The notes under the pieces were generated by a model. The model saw only the letters and a list, made by a program, of their open reading frames with translations. It was not told where the DNA came from and made no database searches. From Squalus acanthias (taxonomy: Eukaryota), in NCBI GenBank assembly GCA_030390025.1, contig CM059432.1, positions 46,378,001-46,442,000 of the forward strand: 64,000 nucleotides of DNA, in the 5' to 3' direction. Within the stretch, counting starts at the first letter, position 1. Every line of letters begins with the position of its first letter. Below are positions 35,695 to 47,932 of the stretch, in pieces. A program made the translations under genes and the position numbers.

Positions 35695-36581
35695 GGGCCC
35701 AGAATTTGTGGTCCGGATGACGGCGAACTGGCAGCGTTCGCCGTCATTCCGTCTTTGAAACTGACCCCAACTTCGGGATTTGGCGCATGCGCAGGTCTGT
35801 CATTCACTGCTCTGCCACAAACTGCACCATGGGACCCCCCCCCCCCCCCCCCCCACTGCCCACCACCCCACACAGAACCGGCAATCAGTGAAATCTCTCA
35901 AATCAGGGAAAACTTCGACTCTTTCTCAGTAATTACGCTGTTAAATTCCCCACTAAAAGTTAGACCCAAAGGGATTAGGTGTAACTAGAGTTTTAACAGC
36001 GTATTGACTGCTAAACAAAGGTCACGGGCCAGAAAAACTCATTTTAATTTTGTGCACTGTCACATTTATCCATTTTAATAAAAATAAAATTTTTGAAAAA
36101 ACTTAAATTATTTTTTAAGTTTGTTCATCTTTATTTCAGGTTTACCTCTTTCACATGTGAAAGCTCCATCTTTGTTTTGCTCTCTCTAACATTTTTAAAA
36201 AGTTGACATTTTAGGAGCTTACCCACTTCCTGGTTCGCTGTCTGTGAGAATTCTGTGTTTTGATTGGTTGCTTAGAGAGGTTGTTGACGTCACAGCAGCT
36301 CGCACTAGGGGATCCCCACTAAACTCCGTTGATTTGAATTATCCTGTCAAATCTATGAATGAAAATTCCCTGCTACCATTGGCTCTCCATGGCCCACGTG
36401 ATCCCAGGGGACGCTTCGAACTAACTGCGCCCCTGGGATACGCAAGCACTGCGCGCCGGCAGCTGCAGGAGGCCCAGCACCCGAATTCCTCGTGGGCCCG
36501 AAGCACAACAGCAGGCGCGGTAGGTAAGTACGCGCGCGATGCTTGCACCCGCAGGAAGTCGGAGAGCCGAATTTCTGGCCC
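35695..36581. mobile_element. Harbinger-type MITE
   Basis: Ends GGGCCCAGAATTT / GAATTTCTGGCCC, CpG-rich subtermini. TSD not clean. Confidence 0.7.
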
Positions 36582-37496
36582 ATAGTAAAACATTCCGAGG
36601 CTCTTCATAGAGGCACAATCAAAAAAAATGGACACAGAGACAAAGAAGGAGAGATGGGGTGGCAGTGACCAAAAGCTTGGTCAAACAGGTGGATTTTATA
36701 GGAGAGGAGGTGGAGAGGTTGAGAGGCGTAGGAAGGGATTTCCAGAGCATGGGGCCCAGGTGGCTGAAGGTATGCCAGAACTATTTTCTTTTCCAGTACA
36801 TTAGCATTTCCAATATTTCCAGTGCCAGACATCCTCTTACTGGCCATGACTAAAACATGTCATTCCCAGTAATTGTCAGTTGTGAGTAGCAAATGTAAAT
36901 TCTGAAGGAACTGCCATTAGTGGTACTGCAGGCTATGGTTGCCGGCACAGACACGATGGGCCAAATGGCCTCCTTTTATGCCGTACATTTCTATGATTCT
37001 ATTAACTGAAGTGATTACAAGATAGTAATCTACAGCCTCTCTACTTCTCTCCTGCTTTAAGTCGGTCCTTAAAACCTACTTGTTTGACGAAGCTTTATGT
37101 GGCTCGGTGTCAAATTTTGTTTGATAACGCTCCTGTGAAGTGCCTCGGGACATTTTTTGCTATGTTAAAGATGCTACATAAATGCAAGTTGTTGTTATTA
37201 TACAGTTCACTTTACAAACCACAGGAGCAAAGCTCAAACAGTTTGTAACTGTCATTTACCCTCTGAAATTAGATTGCAGCCTTTAAATTACTTTTTGGTG
37301 TCAGTTTTCTGCTCATACTACACATAGTTATGTTGGAAGGTTTATTTGATTTTTTTTGTCAGTTATTGCCCTGATAGTGGAGATCGCTGTGAATGGCAGT
37401 AGTCTGTGCTCTTCATGTCCTTGATGCATAGAGATAGTTATGTAAGAGGATTAGCAATTTCGACGTCATTACTTCAGGTGTGATTATAGAGAGAGA

Positions 37497-37610
37497 GGGG
37501 GGAATCTTCAATTTACAATCAACGGAAAGGAAAATTGGGCGGTTTCTATAACGAGTGCCTAACTTGCAACGCTGGTTTCATGCTCCAGTGCTAAATTGAA
37601 AATTACCCCC
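37497..37610. mobile_element. 114-bp mini-MITE
   Basis: TIR GGGGGGAATCTTCAATTTA / TAAATTGAAAATTACCCCC with AGA on both sides, inside a GA repeat. Confidence 0.75.
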
Positions 37611-37784
37611 AGAGAGAGAGAAAGAACTTGTATTTATCATAAACAGTATGCAATTGTTTAGCAGGTATGTCTATTAAATATAATAATTAAGAGAAACAGT
37701 TATGGTTAGGAGTTGGTGCACTGCGGTAACACAATTCAGGGGGTTTAAGTAATACCATAAATTATTTAGAAAGAGGGAAACAGG

Positions 37785-37975
37785 TGGCACATGGATTGGT
37801 CTTTTACTCCAGTACTGGAGATCGAAGCCAGCCTAGATTAATAGGATTCGAGTCATTTCTCTCTGACAGCCTTAAGGGTTTTACGTGAAATGTGTTTGGG
37901 CATTCTCAATCCATAATAAGCCCTCTGCACAAAATCAAATCAGAACTAATTGGCACTAAGTTGGCAATCTCACAT
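37785..37975 (+). mobile_element. LF-SINE-like ancient SINE remnant
   Basis: Colinear motifs ccagcctag, gtgaaatg..ctcaatcca, cacaaaa and actaattggcac..gttggcaatctca resemble the LF-SINE consensus as remembered. Not verified by search. Confidence 0.5.
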
Positions 37976-38004
37976 GACTCATCTGGGACACAGGAAGATG
38001 TCAG

Positions 38005-38110
38005 TGAAACAGAAACAGAAATTGCTGGAAATAGACAGCGATCTGTAAAGAGAAAAGGTAAGTTAATATTTTGGATGTAACCCTTTGTCAGAACTGAAAA
38101 CTGAAAGATA
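38005..38110 (-). repeat. Degenerate Penelope-like terminal fragment
   Basis: acagaaattgctggaaata and a decayed hammerhead (minus strand cagttctgacaaaggg...aaaatattaact). Confidence 0.55.
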
Positions 38111-38160
38111 AGCAGGCATTTTAGTAGGGATAGTAAAAGGAAAAGGAAAGGGAGAAACAA

Positions 38161-39990
38161 CTCTGCACTCAAAGCTCTGCAGTCCTGCCACATTCAGTCG
38201 TGAATGGTGGTGGACCATTAAACAACTAACGGGAGGAGGAGGCTCCATGAATATCCCCATCCTCAATGATGGTGGAGCCCAGCACGTGAGTGTAAAAGAC
38301 AAGGCTGAAGCGTTTGCAATCATCTTCAGCCAAAAGTGCCGAGTGGATGATCCATACCAGCCTACTCCCGAGGTCCCCACCATCACAGAAGCCAGTCTTC
38401 AGCCAATTCGATTCACTCCATGTGATATCAAGAAACGGCTGAGCGGACTGGATACAGCAAAGGTTATGGGCCCCGACTACGTCCCGGCTACCGTGCTGAA
38501 GACTTGTGCTCCAGAACTAGCCGCGCCTCTAGCCAAGCTACAACACTGGCATCTATCCGACAATGCGGAAAACTGCCCAGGTATGTCCTGTCCACAAAAA
38601 CAGGGCAAATCCAACCCGGCCAATTACCGTCCCATCAGTCTACTCTAAATCATCAGCAAAGTGATGGAAGGTGTCATCGACAGTGCTGCTATCAAGCGGC
38701 ACTTACTCACCAATAACCTGCTTACTGATGCCCAGTTTGGGTTCCGCCAAGACCACTCGGCTCCCGACCTCAAACATGGACAAAGGAGCTGAATTCCAGA
38801 GGTGAGGTGAGAGTGACGGCCCTTGACATCAAGGCAGCATTTGACCGAGTGTGGCACCAAGGAGCCCTAGTAAAACTGAAGTCAATGGGAATCGGGGGGA
38901 AAACACTCCACTGGCTGGAGTCATACCTAGCACAAAGGAAGATGGTTGTGGTGGTTGAAGGTCAATCATCACAGCCCCAGGACATCACTGCAGGAGTTCC
39001 TCAGGGCAGTGTCCTAGGCCCAACCATCTTCAGCTGCTTCAACAATGACCTTCCCTCCAACATAAGGTCAGAAATGAGGATGTTCGCTGATGACTGCACA
39101 GTGTTCAGTGCCATTCACAACTCCTCAGATAATGAAGCAGTCCATGCCCGCATGCAAAAAGACCTGGATGACGTTTAGGCTTGGGCTGATAAGTGGCAGG
39201 TAACATTCGCGCCACAGAAGTGCCAGGCAATGACTATCTCCAACAAGCAAGAGTCTAACCACCTCCCCTTGACATTCAACAACATTACCATCGCCGAATC
39301 CCCCACCATCAACATCCTGGGGGTCACCATTGACCAGAAACTTAACTGAACCAGCCACATAAATACTGTGGCACCAAGAGCAGGACAGAGGCTAGGTATT
39401 CTGTGGCAAGTGTCTTAGCTCCTGACTTCCCAAAGCCTTTCCACCATCTACAAGGCATAAGTAAGGAGTGTGATGGAATACTCTCCACTTGCCTGGATGA
39501 CTGTAGCTCCAACAACACTCAAGAAGCTCGACATCATCCACGACAAAGCAGCCCGTTTGATTGGCACCCCATCCACCACCTTAAACATTCACTCCCTCCA
39601 CCACCAGCGTACCGTGGCTGCAGTGTGTACCATCTACAAGATGCACTGCAGCAACTCGCCAAGGCTTCTTCCGGAGCACCTCCCAAACCCGCATCCTCTT
39701 CCACCTAGAAGGACAAGGGCAGCAGGCGCATGGGAACACCACCACCTCCAAGTTCCCCTCCAAGTCGCACACCATCCTGACTTAGACGTATATCACCGAT
39801 CCTTCATCGTCGCTGGGTCAAAATCCTGGAACTCCCTACCTAACAGCACTGTGGGAGTACCATCACCACACAGACTGCAGCGGTTCAAGAAGACGGCTCA
39901 CCACCACCTTCTCAAGGGCAACTAGAGATGGGCAATAAATGCTGGCCTTGCCAGTGACGCCCAGATCCCATAAGCAAATAAAAAAAAAAT
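38161..39990 (+). mobile_element. LINE family B (CR1-group RT, A-rich tail), 5'-truncated
   Basis: NPANYRPISLL, ALDIKAAFDRVWH, GVPQGSVLGP and MFADD motifs. Tail ends in an A run. Confidence 0.92.
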
Positions 39991-41829
39991 CAGATACTGA
40001 AATCTCAGAGAGGAAGTTGAATGACCTGCAAGATGTCAGTCTTCACTCAGTGGTAGCACTCTCGCCTCTGAGTCAGAAGATTTGTATGTGGTTTCTCCAG
40101 AGGTTCCACCAATCATCCTGAAATCTTGCAGCAGTAGATCGGGAGAACCACCGCAGAATGACTAGATCCAGCCGTCCTGAAAAGAGAATAACCAGGCCAA
40201 CACCGTGGGCATCCTCTCAGAACTCCTATACCTCAAACATTAACCTTCCTCGCTTCGTCATCAATGCTGTCAGAGCTATGCCGTGTCACTAGCATCCCCT
40301 GCTGTAAAGAAAATAGAGGATATAGCCAAGGTCAGAAGTTACTTAAGTCAATGTTCAGACCAAAGGGCTAATTTTATTCTTGGGCACTCTGCAGAACATT
40401 GACTTTAATAACTTTCATATCCCCTATTTTGCAATTGAGGCTGAGAATTTGGAATGTTGTCCCAGGTGGCTCTAACCATGTTGTTGGATGGACCTTGAAT
40501 TTAAATAAAAGCTGGGACCTTAATGAACCTTTAGCACTATCTGTGCTCAGTGCTTTACGTTGCATTTTTTGGCCCCAGGGAGTCTATAATGGAAAGTGCT
40601 TAGTTTCCCAGCACCAGCATTTCTTAGTGTCATGAGTCATTTAAAACATCAGAGTGTGTTACAATTCTTAAATGTTGTTTATTGTTTAATAATATATGCA
40701 GTTCAGTTTTTATGAAAAACAAAATCTACTTGCCTCTAGCTCCGACTCCATCGACCTCCCCGAATGACCTCTCAGGCTTAAATCTGGTGGTGCGCAACTT
40801 CAGCGTTCAATCCTTAAATGAGTATTTTAAGTCCCCTCATCTGATCCGCTGCCAAGACTTCATTCATTGCTTGTCTATTCCCTAATTCTGCCCATCAGTA
40901 TTGAATTCTTAATCCCTGACTTCATCACCTCATAACTCTCCTTGCCAACCTCTCTGCCTACAATCTTTACAAAGTTCAGCTAATCTAGACCTTCTGTACA
41001 GAAAACATCAAAAACATCTAGCATTTATATAGCAGCTTTAATGTAGTAAAATGTCCCAAGGCGCTTCACAGGAGCATTATCAAACAAAACTTATCCTAGT
41101 CCAAACTCTGCCTGTGCCCCAGCAAATGTACCTCAAGATCTTCACTCTGGCCTTGTGATCTTCTTCAACCATGTCTCTCTACCCGCAACATCTGCTCCTT
41201 TGACTCCAGATTACTGAAAGCTCCCTGTTCCCTCCACTTCACCATCGGATGCCAATCTTGTGGTTACTGTACTCCTGCACCCTAGAATTCTTTCCTAAAG
41301 CCACTTTGTCTGCTACCTCCTCTTGTCTTCAAAAGCCTCCTAAAAATCAACTTCAAGCATGTATTTTCTGCTCCTGAAATGTCTCCTTTTTCTGCTTGGG
41401 GTTCACACCGCCTGGTATAATCTCTTTTTTTTCATTGAAGAGCACTACCATTAATGCATATTGTTGTTGTTTTTTTTTGGAGCTTTCACATTGGATTGTC
41501 ATCCTAATTTTTTTTCTGTTGGCATTGCCAACCACTACCATTATGGCTGCCAAGATTTTCTGTGGCGCTATTGAACCATTGAAGTTTTCAGTACTGAAAG
41601 TGGCCATTCAACCCATCATCTCAATGCTGGTTCTTTGCGAAAGTAATCCAAAACTACTCCCTTTGCCCTACTGTCTCCTCTAGCACTGTATCTTCCTCTG
41701 CTTCAAATATTTATTAAGTTCTCCCTTAAAATATGCATTGGTCTCGGCCTTAAGCACTGTGAAAAAACATTCCATTCTCCAGTAACACTCTGTTTAAATA
41801 AATTTCTCCTAACCTCTCCCAGTCTCTTA

Positions 41830-42500
41830 GTAAAAATGTTAAATTGATGACCCTTCATCACTAGCTATAGTACCGTATCCATAACCTAATCCTGATAACT
41901 TTATACTATACACTCTCAATGGCTTTTGTGTCCTTTCTATAATAGAGCTCCCTAAACTGCACACAGTATTCAAACTGTGGCCTAGTCACTGCTTTGTACA
42001 AATCATTATTTCTTTACTTTAGTGCTCTTTTTATAAAACCCAATATTTTTTGGCTTTATTTTCCTACACTTGCACTTTCAGGGAATTATTTGAACCCCAA
42101 AGTCTCTCTGTTCACCCAGATCCTTCAGTGTCTTTCTATTAAATGTATATTTCTGTTCCTTATTTTTCTCTCAATGCATGACCTCACACTTATCCCTATT
42201 AAGCTGGATCTGCCATCTGTCTGCCCATTCTACAAACCTGTTTATCTTTTGAAGTATTTTACAGCCATCTTGTTTTCCAAATCTTCTACTTTTGTGTCAT
42301 CAGCAAATTTTGAGACTGTGTTCCCTGTACTTGAGGCCAAATAATATATATATATTTATCAAGAGCAACAGTAGACTCAATACTGATCCCTTATATAGAT
42401 TCTTTCCAAGCCTTCTTCAATCCAAACAACACTCATTTACCCTAATTCCTTGTTTCCTGTCTGTCAACCAATTTTCTATCCATACTGCTATGTATCATCT
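41830..42500 (-). mobile_element. Highly decayed CR1 RT fragment
   Basis: gtgtcatcagcaaattttgag (KFADDT on minus) and aactgcacacagtattc (EYCVQ). Confidence 0.7.
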
Positions 42501-42519
42501 GAAGGCATACAGTTAGAAA

Positions 42520-45500
42520 GACACTGAAGGATCTGGACTATCAGCAAAACAAAAATAGAATCCATGTGGATAGAGATAAAAGATAATAAAGGATCAATCA
42601 CACTAATAGGGGTAGTCTACAGCCCACCTAATAGTGGAAGGGAGGTGGAGGAATAAATATGCAATCAAATTAGGGAAATGAGTAAAAAACATAGAATAAT
42701 AATCATGTGGGATTTTAACTACCCCAATATTAACTGGCCAGAAGGTAGGTAAAGGGGATAAGAACATGAACATAAGAAATAGGAGCAGGAATAGGCCACT
42801 TGGCCCCTCGAGCCTGCTCCGCCATTCAATAAGATCATGGCTGATCTTGGGCTCAAAACCACTTCCCTGCCTGCTCCCCATACCCTTTCACTCCCTTATC
42901 TTGCAAAAATGTGTCCAGGACTCCTTTCTAACTCAATATGTAAGAAGCCCAACAAGGGAGGATTCGCTATTGGATCTAGTAATGTGGAATGAACCAGAAC
43001 AGATAAGAGAAGTAAGCGTAGGCAACACCTAGGCAACAGTGACCATCATATACAGGAAACTCTTTATTAACCAGCACCGACGGGACCGGCGTGGTGTCGG
43101 TTTATCGAAAGTACCGGATAACGGAGAGTTATATCTACCGAGGCTATTTTTAACAAAGCAAAATAAATAAAGAAAGAAATGTGCAGTATACTTCCGACAG
43201 CACCAGGAGGCCGAGTAGTGGCACTTTTGAAAACTACCCCTACTGACTAAATCGGCTTTCGCGGACTCGGACTCGGACTCGGGATCGGCAACATTGCCGG
43301 TTATTTGAGAGGAGTTTTCGGAGTACTCGGCGTTCGCGGAGACTCGACTGCGACTCGGCAACATTGCCGGTTATTTGAGAGGAGTTTTCGGAGGATGATT
43401 TTTGCCGGTTAAGCGAGAATTCCGGATATTTGGGTGCCGGATAAACAAAAGTTTCCTGTAATATGCTTTAAGATAATAATTGAGAAGGACATAAGTATAA
43501 CGAAGACCAAGGTAATAGACTAGAGAAAAAACAAATTTGTGGGGCTGAGAATAGAATTTTGGAAAATAAAATGGACAACAATATTGGCAAACAATGATTT
43601 AGAACAGCAGTGGGAAACAGTATTCAACAGAGTCCGGGAAAAAAATATTCCACTAAAAAACAAGAACAAGCTAAACACTAATGAGACACCATGGATGAAT
43701 AAAGACATCAGAGAAAAATTGAGGATAAGGAAAGAGGCATACACTAAGTACATGCACAGCAGGGGAGAACATGACGAGAGAATATGAAGAAATTAGGAGG
43801 AAAGTAAAAAAAAAAACAATTAGAAAGGCAAAAAGGAACTATGAAATTAAATTATCAAGGAACATAAAACAAAATAGTGAAATACTTTACAGGCACATAA
43901 ATAAAAAAATGGTAAGTCAGGATGGGAATAGGGCCACTAAGGGATGGATGGGATAATATCACAGGTAGCAATAGAGAGATGGCAGAAATATTAAATCATT
44001 ACTTTACTTCAGTATTTACCAGGGAGACAGAACAGGTAGACATGACATCGGTAGATAAGATTAGAAATGAGATAATTGCATTTAAAATAAAAAGATGAGA
44101 AATATTAAATAAACTAATCAAACTCAAAGAGGATAAAACTCCTGGATGGATTATATCCACGCATTTTAAAAGAATATAGGGAAGAGATAGCAGAGGCATT
44201 AGTACACATATTTAGTAATTTGTTAGAACAAGATGTACTGCTAGAGGACTGGCGGATAGCTAACATAATACTTATATTTAAGAAGGGAGATAGAACATGT
44301 CCAGGGAACTATAGACCAGTCAATTTAACATTGGTGGTAGGAAAAATAATGGAATCCCTACTAAAGGTGAAAATAGAAGAACATCTAGCAACCAAAAATA
44401 TAATAATGAACAGTCAGCATGGATTTCAAAAGGGAAAGTCTTGCTTGGCCAACCTCATTGAATTTTTTGAAGAGATAACAGAGAGAGTAGACAAGGGTAA
44501 TGTAGTAGATGTAATTTATCTAGATTTTCAAAAGACCTTCGATAAGGTACCACATAATAGACTAATGAATAAGATCAGAGCATACAGAGTCAGGGGACAA
44601 GTAGCAAAATGGATAACTAGCTGGCTTCAAGACAGAAAGCAGAGAGTAAGGGTAAAGGACAGCTATTCAGAGTGGCAGACGGTGGGAAGTGGTGTTCCAC
44701 AAGGATCAGTGCTGGGACCACTGTTGTTCATAATTTATATTAACTATTTAGACTTTGGAATCAAAAACACAATTTCTGAATTTGCAGACAACACCAAATT
44801 GGGAGGGATAGTCAATACTGAGGAGGACTGCAATAAATTTCAAGAAGACATTAATAAATTTACAGAATGGGCATATAATTGGCAAATGAAATTCAACACA
44901 GATAAATGTGAGCTATTACATTTTGTTAAGAAAAATAGGGAGGTCACATATTACTTGGAAAATACGAATCTAAGTGGGGTAGAAGAGCAAAGGGATCTGG
45001 GAGTACAAATACACAAATCACTGAAAGTAGCAACACAGGTTAACAAGGCCATAAAAAAAGCAGACCAAGCACTAGGGTTTATTTCTAGAGGGATTGAATT
45101 GATAGGAAGAGAAGTTATGCTAAACTTGTACCAAACCTTGGTTAGACCACACTTGGAGTACTGCGTACAATTCTGGTCACCATGTAATAAAAATGATATA
45201 GAGGCACTGGAGAGGGTGCAAAAAAGATTTACAAGGATGATACCAGAAATGCGAGAGTATCAAGACTATACCTATCAGGAAAGGATGAACAGGCTGGGTC
45301 TCGTTGAAAAGAGAAGGCTGAGGAGTGACCTAATAGAGGTCTTTAAAATTATGAAAGGTTTTGATAGAGTAGATACAGAGAGAATGTTTCCACTTGTGGG
45401 GAAGAGTAAAACTAGAGGCCATCAATATAAGATAGTCACCAAGAAATCAAATAGGGAATTCAGAAGCAACTTCTTTACCCAGAGAGTGGTGAGACTGTGG

Positions 45501-45716
45501 AACTCGCTACCACAGGGAGTGGTTGAAGTGAATAATATAGATGCATTTAAGGGGAGGCTAGATAAGCATATGAGGGAGAAGGGAATAGAGGGTTATGCTG
45601 ATAGAGTTAGATGAGGAAAGACTGGAGGAGGCTCGAGTGGAGCATAAATGCCAGCGTGGACTGGTTGGGCCGAATGGCCTGTTTCTGTGTTGTATATCCT
45701 ATGCAATCCTATGTAA
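42520..45716 (+). mobile_element. CR1 ORF2 region, decayed 5' half and open 464-aa RT/C-terminus; hosts a minus CR1 tail (about 42760-42905) and a TA-targeting MITE
   Basis: GVVYSPP, DFN and SDH remnants, ORF 44220-45614, tail atcctatgcaatcctatgtaa. Confidence 0.92.
43053..43458. mobile_element. Tc1/mariner-pogo (Tigger-like) MITE
   Basis: About 26-bp imperfect TIR CAGGAAACTCTTTATTAACCAGCACC / GGTGCCGGATAAACAAAAGTTTCCTG with TA TSD. Confidence 0.85.
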
Positions 45717-45966
45717 ACCTGGATGACATTCAGGCATGGGCTGATAAGTGGGAAGTAACATTCGCGCCACACAAGTGCCAGGCAATGACTATCTCCAACA
45801 AGCGAGAGTCTAACCACCGCCCCTTGACATTCAATGGCATTACCATTGCCGAATCCCCCACCATCAACATCCTGGGGGTCACAATTGACCAGAAACTTAA
45901 CTGGACCAGCCGCATAAATACTGTGGCTACAAGAGCGGGTCAGAGCCTGGGTAGTCTGCGACAAGT
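45717..45966 (+). mobile_element. LINE family B internal fragment
   Basis: LDDIQAWADKWEVTFAPHKC matches 39161-39410. Confidence 0.85.
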
Positions 45967-46720
45967 GCCTCTGGCACCAACGTCCATCAACTTCCCTGGT
46001 CGCTTGCTCAAGCTGAGCTGAATGATCTGACAGCTATATGTCTCAACCTATACCTTCTGTTCCTCTGATTCCCGATTTGCACCATTCCTCTGGAACTCTT
46101 CCAAAGTCACTTTGCCTAGCTATGTCTCTTCCTGCCTTAAAAAAACTGTGTGCTTTTATATGGTAAATAATAGGGCCAATTTTCCTCCCTCTTTCGCCTA
46201 ACATGACTTGAACCCCTTCACCTGACATGACATGGGATGATCTGAAACTGCCTGTATTTCTGGGTGCAGGTAATTTGAATGAGCCTAACTTTTTCCCTAG
46301 TGCACACTGCCAGAATTGCAGACTAAAACTCAACAGCCTCAGCAGACCTCAGAGGCTTGAGGTAGTGGTAATACCTGCCAATGACAAGCCCTCTGGCTAC
46401 TGTCCAAAACAGCTCTTAAGATCTTCTTGGGTACCTGGTTGAAAAAGATACTAAACTTTTCCTGAGCTGCTTCTCTTGCTGCTTGCCCCCTACCAGATCC
46501 TCCAATCTGAGCGGGACTGAGCACAATGCATAATGCCTAATTCTTCTGGGTGCCCTTCCAGTTGGAAGAGGAAAATGAAGCAGGGGGCACCATTATGTCA
46601 CTCCTGCTTCACTATATGGGAATAGAATGCTTGCATCTGTTCAAGGTGCAAGGACTCTGTCCCCCACCTCCAAAATTGGGGGAAATCCCAAATTTGCAAT
46701 GCAAAGAGGGTGAAGACCTG

Positions 46721-46953
46721 GGGGTGAATTTCTTTAGGGCTGCTCCTGTTGCACCACCCTAACTGTGGCAGAATCCCATTTATGCATGTAAACAAGGTTT
46801 TCACTGGTCCTCAGCTGATGTTACAGCAGCGTAGCGGGAGAAGCCCTGAGGAAAATACTGGCGATGCTGTCACAGATCTCAGCCTCAATTTGCCTATGCT
46901 TTGCACCCGTGAACTGAGCAATCCCTGGGTACAAAGCAGAGGAAAACCACCCC
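46721..46953. mobile_element. Small Harbinger-type MITE
   Basis: Ends GGGGTGAATTTC / GAAAACCACCCC. Confidence 0.5.
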
Positions 46954-47427
46954 TGATTTCTTTTTAACACTTATGTGTCCACTGTCTCCACAAAAATGTT
47001 GTAACTGTAAACTTTTCCAAAGTGTCATTTCATAACAGTGCAATTATATCAGTGAATCTTAATAGTCTTGTTACTTATATTGCACCGCCCCAATTTATAG
47101 CATAATGTAATTTGTATTGCATCATAGTTAGTCATAATGCATAACTGAAGTTTCATTTTAAATCATTTTGTATTACATAGGAATAGGAGTAGGCCTTTTG
47201 GTCCATCAAGCCTGTTGCACCATTTTGTTATGCTGGCAGCTCTTTACCTTGTCGTCCAATTTCCTGTCCTTTCTCTAAACCTATAATATCTTTATTTCTC
47301 AAGTAAGTATTTCCCTTTTAATCAACTTAATTCATTCTGCATCCATGGTCCTAGGCAGTGTGTGTCTTGCTACCAGTTGTGTGAAGAATGATTTTCTGGG
47401 ATTGCTCTTAGTTCTGATTCTAAGATT

Positions 47428-47632
47428 ATGCTGGAAATACTCAGCACGTTAGGCATCCATGGAGAGAACAGACAAGACGTTTAGAGTATCAACCCTTACT
47501 CAGAATTCAAGAGGTTGGGTCCATAGCTGAAGCATCTTGTCTGTTTTCTCCATGGATGCTGCCTGACCTGCTGAGTGTTTCCAACATTTTCTGTTTTTGT
47601 TTCAGATCTCCAGCATCTATAACATTTTGTTC
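47428..47632. repeat. Degenerate Penelope-like inverted terminal fragment
   Basis: Inverted arms gcatccatggagagaacagacaaga / tcttgtctgttttctccatggatgc. Same body as 12672-12899. Hammerhead core decayed. Confidence 0.65.
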
Positions 47633-47783
47633 TTGCCATTCAGCAATGCCTTGTGTTGGTGCTTTAAAATGCTATGCCACCATTGCTCAGAAACGTATGT
47701 TTCTTTTTAAAATGTGATTTCTTTGGATGCTTTTTCAATGGCTGTAATGGACTGATTAATTGGCATCTCTTTTTTTTTTACAG

Positions 47784-47932
47784 ATATGGTTACAGAAGTA
47801 CGGCTATCTTCAAGCTAGTGAACCCAGAATGTCAGTATTGCGGTCTTCACAGTCCATGCACTCAGCTGTAGCTGCTATGCAGCAATTCTATGGAATTAAA
47901 GTTACGGGGACTTTGGATGAAAATACAATAGA
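47784..47932 (+). CDS. MMP16: Membrane-type matrix metalloproteinase (MT3-MMP), internal coding exon, probably exon 2 (prodomain)
   Basis: Polypyrimidine tract + CAG acceptor (47781-47783) and GTAAG donor at 47933. The 149 nt translate to IWLQKYGYLQASEPRMSVLRSSQSMHSAVAAMQQFYGIKVTGTLDENTI(D). WLQKYGYL..PRMSVLRS and AAMQQFYGI fit MMP16 better than MMP14/15/24 as I recall them. Confidence 0.92.
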
